From the IMG/VR virus record IMGVR_UViG_3300024999_000081, positions 1 through 64,000 of that record: a stretch of DNA of 64,000 nt; one strand, given 5' to 3'. The notes beneath the pieces were generated by a model. The model ran no database searches. It worked only from the letters and a program-made list of their open reading frames with translations, and was not told the DNA's origin. This document shows, piece by piece, positions 58,483-64,000 of this stretch. Position 1 is the stretch's first letter, and every line of letters begins with the position of its first letter. Both the position numbers and the translations under genes were made by a program. The stretch comes from a virus.

Positions 58483-59148
58483 ATGATTAAAGTAGAAAAT
58501 ATATCAGTTATGAATTTTGAAAATGCGATTAGAGGAATGAGAAATCCTCTAGAAAGTTGGGATCAATCAGATAGTTATTGGAAATATAACTCTGAGTTAA
58601 GAAGTGGAATGGAGTATATTATTGGCCCAAAAGATATGGAAGTTGCACTTAAACTTATTAAAGCTGGTTCAGATCACTCCAAATTCATTCGTCAAGTGTT
58701 TGTGTCAATGGATATAACCGCTCCTATGTCATGGTGGTGGGACTTCGATACATATAAGGTTTCTACAGTAAGAAATAGCACAAGTAGAATGCATAAATTA
58801 GGAACCAGATTATTAACAATTGATGATTTCAGTTATGATAATGAAGATGGAGAAATAAATATTACTCCATTGAGAAAATATGTAATGGATGATTTAAACA
58901 AACGAATAGTAGAATATCAACAACTCAAAGAAACAGATATTAAATCAGCAATGAAACTATGGAGAGAAATTGTATTTGATTCTCCTCAAAATTATAATTT
59001 TTTATCCACTTGGACTGGAAATTATGAAAATCTTAGAAATGTATATCATGGTAGAAAAAATCACAAGCAAAGAGAATTTCCTGATTTTTGTGAAGTAATT
59101 GAAGGATTGCCATATAGTCAATTAATTACTATTGAGAGGAAGAAATAA
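58483..59148 (+). CDS. Divergent ThyX-fold protein
   Basis: AIRGMRNP..SW..SDS, GSDHSKF.R, DITAP, DTYK, NS.S.MH, NYENL...Y..RK.HK; lacks the canonical RHR. Confidence 0.65.
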   Translation: MIKVENISVMNFENAIRGMRNPLESWDQSDSYWKYNSELRSGMEYIIGPKDMEVALKLIKAGSDHSKFIRQVFVSMDITAPMSWWWDFDTYKVSTVRNSTSRMHKLGTRLLTIDDFSYDNEDGEINITPLRKYVMDDLNKRIVEYQQLKETDIKSAMKLWREIVFDSPQNYNFLSTWTGNYENLRNVYHGRKNHKQREFPDFCEVIEGLPYSQLITIERKK

Positions 59149-59149
59149 T

Positions 59150-59671
59150 ATGGATATAATAATATTTGGTCAAATGGGGGCAGGAAAAAGCACTGTAGCA
59201 AATTATTTAAGAGATAAATATGGTTATTCTAAATTTTCTCTTGGTTCTAAGATACATAGTGAATGTAAAACACATGGAAATGAAACTCGAACAGAAATGC
59301 AAAGTTATGGTCAGGCAATGCGTAATATATTTGGAATTGATGTATGGTGTAATTATGTTAATAATAAGACATTTGATACAGACAGAGTAGTTATTGACGA
59401 TGCTAGACAACTCAATGAATACGATTACTTTAAGAATTTAGAATATCTAACGGTAGCAATTGTAGCAGATGATGATAAAAGAATCGAAAGACTTAAAAAT
59501 AGAGTTGGCTATGTTGTTGATCCTAATACTTTTAATCACGAAACTGAGGTTCAGGCTAGAGCATGTATTAATAAATGTGAAATAAAAATCTATAATAATT
59601 CAGACGATATTAAAGAATTAATTGAAGCAATTGAATATAAATTAGGTGAATATTTAGGAGGCAAGATTTAA
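59150..59671 (+). CDS. Deoxynucleoside monophosphate kinase-like P-loop protein
   Basis: GQMGAGKST, R..MQ..G..MR, VIDDARQLNE, HETE, IYNN. Confidence 0.8.
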   Translation: MDIIIFGQMGAGKSTVANYLRDKYGYSKFSLGSKIHSECKTHGNETRTEMQSYGQAMRNIFGIDVWCNYVNNKTFDTDRVVIDDARQLNEYDYFKNLEYLTVAIVADDDKRIERLKNRVGYVVDPNTFNHETEVQARACINKCEIKIYNNSDDIKELIEAIEYKLGEYLGGKI

Positions 59672-60096
59672 TGTATATTTATCTCGCTGGAGCATTAACT
59701 GTACATCATCGCAACAAAGAAATGCATAAAGCAACCAATTGGAGAAATATATTAGATACATGGGCAAACAACAATGATGTAGATACCTATAATCCTGCTA
59801 AAACATTTCTTAAAGAAATTAATCATACATATGATAGTCGAATGTGTGTTGACCAAAACGAATATTATTTGCATAAATGCGACATTATGATTGTTAATTT
59901 AGATGATATAGAATTTAGCCCAGGTACAATTTATGAATTAGTTAGATTTAAAGATATGAGAAAACCTGTTATTGCTTTTGGAAATAAACATTGGAGTCCA
60001 CATATTAATTCATGTATTTCAAATCATTGTGAAAATTTAGATGATGTAATAAAACTTATTTATAACATGTTTGATCAGGGAAACTTGGATATTTAA
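59671..60096 (+). CDS. Nucleoside 2-deoxyribosyltransferase / dNMP N-glycosidase family protein
   Basis: IYLAG, WR, YNP, CDIMIVN, SPGTIYEL, KPVI. Confidence 0.85.
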   Translation: MYIYLAGALTVHHRNKEMHKATNWRNILDTWANNNDVDTYNPAKTFLKEINHTYDSRMCVDQNEYYLHKCDIMIVNLDDIEFSPGTIYELVRFKDMRKPVIAFGNKHWSPHINSCISNHCENLDDVIKLIYNMFDQGNLDI

Positions 60097-60118
60097 TATT
60101 TATTAAAAGGAGAAATAA

Positions 60119-60553
60119 ATGAAAGAAAACTATAAAGAAATACATAAAATGTGTAATATGTGTGATAGAGCGAAGAATAGTTCTTGTAACTTCCCATGTA
60201 ATGATTATGCAGATTATATGTATAATCAATCGCTGAAAAACAATATCAATGATGATGTATCAGATGATTTATTGAAAAATAATAATTGTGTCAATGATAT
60301 ATCAGATTTTATTGAATATGATGTTTCTGATAATGAATGGATTAGGTTAATTAATAAAGAAATTCCCATTATAGATATACTAGATGAAAATGCTTTCTAT
60401 GAGTATCTTGAAACAGAAAATACAAGATATTGTAAACAAGAGGTATTGTGTCCTGAATGTAGAGGAAAACTTGTAGAGAAGATTGAATATGAAGAAATTT
60501 GGGGTAGTCGCAGGGAATCTGAGAGATACTTAATTTGTGAGAACGGATGTTAA
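60119..60553 (+). CDS. Cys-rich hypothetical protein
   Basis: CNMC...C..PC; CPEC...CENGC. Confidence 0.65.
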   Translation: MKENYKEIHKMCNMCDRAKNSSCNFPCNDYADYMYNQSLKNNINDDVSDDLLKNNNCVNDISDFIEYDVSDNEWIRLINKEIPIIDILDENAFYEYLETENTRYCKQEVLCPECRGKLVEKIEYEEIWGSRRESERYLICENGC

Positions 60554-60578
60554 AATAAAATTTTAGGAGGAATTCAAT

Positions 60579-61037
60579 ATGACAATGACAAAATATGAAA
60601 CAATGTGTGATACATATAAACATAAACAATTGGTAAATAAATATATGAATCAAGTAATAAAATCTTTATCAGAAAGAGCAATTAATCATGACAATTCAAA
60701 ATTAGAGGACGTAGAAGTTGATATTTTTACGGAATATACTCCTAAATTATCTAAATCAACATATGGGAGTGAGGAGTATTATCAATTTCTTAAAGAAATG
60801 AAACCTGCATTGGATCATCATTATGCTAAAAATTTACATCATCCCGAACACTACCCTAATGGAGTTAAGGATATGACATTGATTGATTTAATTGAAATGA
60901 TATGTGATTGGAAGGCATCTACTATGAGACACAATGATGGAAACATTTTGACTAGTATTGATAAAAATCAAGATAGGTTTGGTTATTCAAGTGATATGGC
61001 AGGGTGCTTTAAGAATACTGTTAAGTTGTTTGAATAG
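60579..61037 (+). CDS. HD-superfamily protein (DUF5662-like)
   Basis: H...V, HDNSK, HHY..N.HHPEH, EMICDW. Confidence 0.8.
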   Translation: MTMTKYETMCDTYKHKQLVNKYMNQVIKSLSERAINHDNSKLEDVEVDIFTEYTPKLSKSTYGSEEYYQFLKEMKPALDHHYAKNLHHPEHYPNGVKDMTLIDLIEMICDWKASTMRHNDGNILTSIDKNQDRFGYSSDMAGCFKNTVKLFE

Positions 61038-61064
61038 GGGGGGGATGTTAACAATCAGAATGAT

Positions 61065-61265
61065 TCATAATCTCTCCCTAATAACCCTATTTTTAAAATT
61101 TTCTAAATTAGGTTCTAAATTATTAAGAAAACTAGTTATTGCTATCTCTTTAGCAATAACTTTCATTCTTTCACTTACTGGGATTTCCATTTCTTCAACT
61201 GAATTAATTAATTCTAAATATGAATCTTTACATTCTTTTAGTTCCCATGTTTTTTGTCTTTGCAT
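61065..61265 (-). CDS. Hypothetical protein downstream of the origin
   Basis: RBS GGGAGGA on the minus strand. Confidence 0.7.
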   Translation of the reverse strand: MQRQKTWELKECKDSYLELINSVEEMEIPVSERMKVIAKEIAITSFLNNLEPNLENFKNRVIRERL

Positions 61266-61277
61266 TTAAATCCTCCC

Positions 61278-61449
61278 TGTGGATAACTCTCCTTCTAAAT
61301 GGTAATAATAGTAAGATATATACACCTTGTATTAGTTTCTTTTGTGAGTCTAAAATTTAGACTGGTCGGGTATAAAACTTAGACGGGTCAAGATTTTAGA
61401 CAGGTGTTTTCTGTGGATAAATAGCTATAAACCAGTATAAAAATTAGAC
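61278..61449. other. Putative replication origin: 4 iterons + 2 DnaA boxes
   Basis: GTnnAnAnnTTAGAC at 61348, 61370, 61387, 61435; TGTGGATAA at 61278 and 61412. Confidence 0.75.
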
Positions 61450-61464
61450 AGGTTGACATTTCAA

Positions 61465-61863
61465 TTACTCCCTTTCTTCCATCATTTTTTCATATAATTT
61501 ATCTGCACTAATTACCCCTTCTTTAAAAGATTGTTCAACAATTTCTGTCTCTTCTGAACATAGAAAAATCATCTTTTTGATATTGCCATTTACACCTGCA
61601 CTAGCTGTCCACACATAACCATTCTCTTCTAGCCAATTTAAACCATTGATACAAGATTGGCGAGATAGTCCTGTAAGTTTAATCAATTGAGATATACTGA
61701 TCCAATCTCCTGTCTTGGCAAAACCCCATGTTTTTCTAATCATCAATAAATAAACCTTTAAAGCAGAGAAATTACTTATTCTAGGTATTAACTCGTCAAA
61801 TACAATATTAGGGACTTCCATGTAATTCTTCTGTGGTTTTGGCAATCTAAACATGTTTATCAT
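61465..61863 (-). CDS. Short replication initiator (phage O-like winged helix)
   Basis: YMEVPNIVFDELIP...ALKVYLLMIRKTWGF.K..DWISISQL...TGLSR......L..LEE.G. Confidence 0.8.
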   Translation of the reverse strand: MINMFRLPKPQKNYMEVPNIVFDELIPRISNFSALKVYLLMIRKTWGFAKTGDWISISQLIKLTGLSRQSCINGLNWLEENGYVWTASAGVNGNIKKMIFLCSEETEIVEQSFKEGVISADKLYEKMMEERE

Positions 61864-61935
61864 CCTCTTTCAAGCAATAAAAATAGCAATGCTAGAGGAC
61901 TATACAAAAATTTCTTTTTTTGATATAATGAATAT

Positions 61936-62009
61936 ATAGAAATTTCATCTAGTCTTCTGGGTCTCCTAAAGCGATGTGTCGGCAAAACTCTACGCTTTAG
62001 GAGATTTTT
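61936..62009 (+). ncRNA. Putative countertranscript RNA 1, antisense to the rep leader
   Basis: Promoter TATACA-17-TATAAT with TG (61901-61929); terminator TCTCCTAAAGCG...CGCTTTAGGAGA-TTTTT; no ORF. Confidence 0.6.
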
Positions 62010-62154
62010 CATTTGCTTTATTAAGTTAATAAATCTAACTCAATAAAAAGTTGGCAGTATGTTCTTTTACACACTACCAACTTTTGACATTCTTTGTTTA
62101 ATTAATACCAAAATATAGACTTGATTTTTTTCTATATCTGACTATAATTAATAT

Positions 62155-62245
62155 CAAGAGCGTCAAGTAAATGTTGTGTTGGAACATTACTTGATCAAGA
62201 GCCTGTCAAGTCCTTGCAAGACATGATGGGCTTTGCTTATTTTAT
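62155..62245 (+). ncRNA. Putative countertranscript RNA 2
   Basis: Promoter TTGATT-16-TATAAT (62121-62148); stems TCAAGTAAATGTT/AACATTACTTGA and GAGCCTGTCA/TGATGGGCTT, then T-rich. Confidence 0.5.
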
Positions 62246-62268
62246 TGAGTTAATTTGTTAGAGTTATA

Positions 62269-62297
62269 TATTCGACACGCTATGTCAAATCTCCTTT
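62269..62297 (-). promoter_or_regulatory. SigH-type promoter with overlapping Spo0A box, pointing to rep
   Basis: Minus strand AAAGGA-18-GAAT; TGTCGAA at 62271-62277. Confidence 0.5.
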
Positions 62298-62313
62298 TAA
62301 GTATACATGAAAT

Positions 62314-62361
62314 TTGTCCACAGGTATATATGTCTAGAAAATTTTATCCACATGTGTATAA
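62314..62361. promoter_or_regulatory. Cluster of three DnaA boxes
   Basis: TTGTCCACA 62314, TTATCCACA 62344, TGTGTATAA 62353. Confidence 0.7.
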
Positions 62362-62392
62362 CTCATAAGGCCCAAATAAAAAACGAAAAAAT

Positions 62393-62424
62393 AAGCACTA
62401 TCTAAAATTAAATAGATAGTGCTT
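62393..62424 (-). terminator. Terminator of the coiled-coil gene
   Basis: AAGCACTATCTA-aaattaaa-TAGATAGTGCTT followed on the minus strand by T runs. Confidence 0.7.
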
Positions 62425-62447
62425 TTATAAATTCAACCAAATTCATA

Positions 62448-63269
62448 TCACCTGACATTCAGTGGCAACCATATTTTCTCCTTAATTTCTAATCTTTCAT
62501 TTTCTCTTTTCATCTCATTAATCCTATTATCACATTCATCTTTCATTTCTTGTCTCATTGCCCTTAATTCCAATATATAACTTTCTCTCAATTCATTAAT
62601 CTCCTTCAATCTATCCTGCTTTGATTCAACCAATTGCCCTTCTAAAAACACTGATTTATTCTCAGATTCCTTTAATTGAAGTTGCAAATACTTGTTAGAA
62701 TCTTCTAATTCACCAATTGAAAATTCTAATTCATCTACAGCCCCGATTCTTTTTCTCATTTCATCATTTTCTAACCTTAATGTTTCAATCAAATAATTTG
62801 AGTTATTATGTCCGGCCTCTAACTCAATATTTCTTTTGGATAAAGTCTCCGACTTATCTTCTGCTTCTTTTCTTGCTTTATCAGAATCCTTTTTGTTGTT
62901 TTCAGCAATATCAATTCTTTCTCTTAGAGAATCTAAAGTTGTTTTAAAATCATTTGTTAAAGTTTGAACTGTTTCCATATGGAATTTCTTTTGGTCTGCT
63001 TCACTACGAGTAATCTCTGTAAACATTTGAATTATACGTTCAGTGTGTTCTTTCATTTTCAACATGTTTGGAGTTATAAGTTCAGATATTCCACCTGATT
63101 CTGCTTCTAGTTGATCTTTCTTTAATCTTATTATATCTAAAAACAAATCTTTTGATTTCAAACCTGTACGAGCCTGAAGTGAATCCCATTCAGTTTTACC
63201 TTCTTCATTGTCTAACCGGATTGATAGGGTAGAAGAGGATGGTTTTCTTTGCTCTTCGGAATCGCTCAT
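62448..63269 (-). CDS. RHH-like DNA-binding + long coiled-coil protein (KfrA-like architecture)
   Basis: STLSIRL strand followed by two helices, then ~190 aa of heptads; RBS AGGAGG. Confidence 0.65.
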   Translation of the reverse strand: MSDSEEQRKPSSSTLSIRLDNEEGKTEWDSLQARTGLKSKDLFLDIIRLKKDQLEAESGGISELITPNMLKMKEHTERIIQMFTEITRSEADQKKFHMETVQTLTNDFKTTLDSLRERIDIAENNKKDSDKARKEAEDKSETLSKRNIELEAGHNNSNYLIETLRLENDEMRKRIGAVDELEFSIGELEDSNKYLQLQLKESENKSVFLEGQLVESKQDRLKEINELRESYILELRAMRQEMKDECDNRINEMKRENERLEIKEKIWLPLNVR

Positions 63270-63318
63270 TGATTAATTCCTCCTAAATTTGTTTTTGGAT
63301 TTTAGGTTATATGAAATA

Positions 63319-63382
63319 TGTTTACATTTTAGGTGGATATAACGGTAGGTTTACGTTGTTTACAAGTAAACATTTGTTTACA
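63319..63382. repeat. Five GTTTAC(A) repeats (one inverted)
   Basis: At 63320, 63349, 63358, 63366 (reverse), 63376. Confidence 0.6.
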
Positions 63383-63463
63383 TTATGATTTGTATTGATT
63401 ATATCAAGGATTATTGGATTAGGCAAGTAGGAGGATTTTATTCTTATGTCACATAAAAATGTG

Positions 63464-63492
63464 TTGCAAAGTGTGATATTAACCTATATACT
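63464..63492 (+). promoter_or_regulatory. SigA-type promoter of parM
   Basis: TTGCAA-17-TATACT; GTGTGAT/ATCACAC inverted repeat nearby. Confidence 0.65.
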
Positions 63493-63544
63493 AAGCTTAA
63501 CAGCATATCAATCATCACACTAAAATATTAAGGAGGAATTATAA

Positions 63545-64000
63545 ATGGTTCAAGTAATACCTATTGATACGGGCCGAAGTTCTACTAAACTTATAAATGG
63601 AGTGTCTTTTAGATCAGTGGTTGGTGAATGGCATCATAGAGAAATTTCTGATAATGAGGAATACGAAGTAATTATTGATGGTGAAAAGTATTTTGTTGGT
63701 CAGCTTGCCATAGATGAATCAATTGCCCCAGTGGAATTTAATACATCTTCGAAGATAACCAATGAGAACAAAGTCCTTTTTCTAACTGGTGTTGCTCTAT
63801 CGGCAGTTGAAAATGATGAAGATACTAGTCTTTTTGTTGTAACTGGTGTACCTGTTGATATGTTTAATGTGGCAACAAAGACTGCATTAGAAAACTTATT
63901 ATATGGAGAGTATAATATTAGAGTTAATGATAAACATATCAAGAAGTTATGTATTGATAGTGTTACAATTGTCCCTGAAGGGGTCGCAGCTTATCAATAT
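63545..64000 (+). CDS. parM: ParM/StbA actin-like partition ATPase (runs off the right edge; absent from ORF track)
   Basis: RBS AAGGAGG; IPIDTGRSSTK, YFVGQLA, VVTGVPV, IVPEGVAA. Confidence 0.88.
   Translation, partial: MVQVIPIDTGRSSTKLINGVSFRSVVGEWHHREISDNEEYEVIIDGEKYFVGQLAIDESIAPVEFNTSSKITNENKVLFLTGVALSAVENDEDTSLFVVTGVPVDMFNVATKTALENLLYGEYNIRVNDKHIKKLCIDSVTIVPEGVAAYQY

Noticed and set aside
60245-60330. Imperfect internal repeat (NDDVSDDL / NDISDFI / YDVSD)
   Set aside because: Short low-complexity coding repeat with no sign of a separate function.
612-63942. Most short minus-strand and overlapping ORFs in the track (e.g. 612-809, 27659-27976, 35017-35394, 63700-63942)
   Set aside because: Shadow ORFs of well-supported genes, lacking RBSs and recognisable motifs.

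Overview
AT-rich, gene-dense segment, almost all on the + strand, of a large temperate Firmicutes (Clostridia-type) phage with SPbeta-like organisation. It probably persists as a phage-plasmid. Layout: 1-34 kb is an accessory region of ~80 small ORFs plus two DHH phosphoesterases, NAD-dependent DNA ligase, a PcfJ-like protein, an adenine MTase + SNF2 helicase pair and a terD-terD-terC cluster. 34-46.4 kb is the replication operon (SSB-like, AAA ATPase, DnaB-like helicase, primase, HNH, PD-(D/E)XK nuclease, DNA polymerase, RecD2). 46.4-61 kb covers nucleotide metabolism (intein-containing class II RNR, Nudix, ThyX-like, NMP kinase, deoxyribosyltransferase, HD-like protein) mixed with small ORFs. 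61-64 kb is a plasmid-type replicon (DnaA boxes, iterons, short Rep, antisense RNAs, coiled-coil DNA-binding protein, ParM). Main findings: (1) ~24 dif-like quasi-palindromic sites (AAA-N6-TTTnnnnGG) at accessory gene boundaries, some with a companion 23-bp motif, suggesting an integron/pdif-like gene-cassette system; (2) a DNA polymerase that appears to be a family-B core fused to the C-terminal tail of a family-C (DnaE) enzyme; (3) the replicon with tandem antisense RNAs; (4) a ~283-bp inversion splitting a WYL gene. Accessory genes show nonsense and frameshift decay while core genes are intact. No tRNA, rRNA, CRISPR array or integrase was seen. All family calls come from reading motifs by eye, not from database searches.
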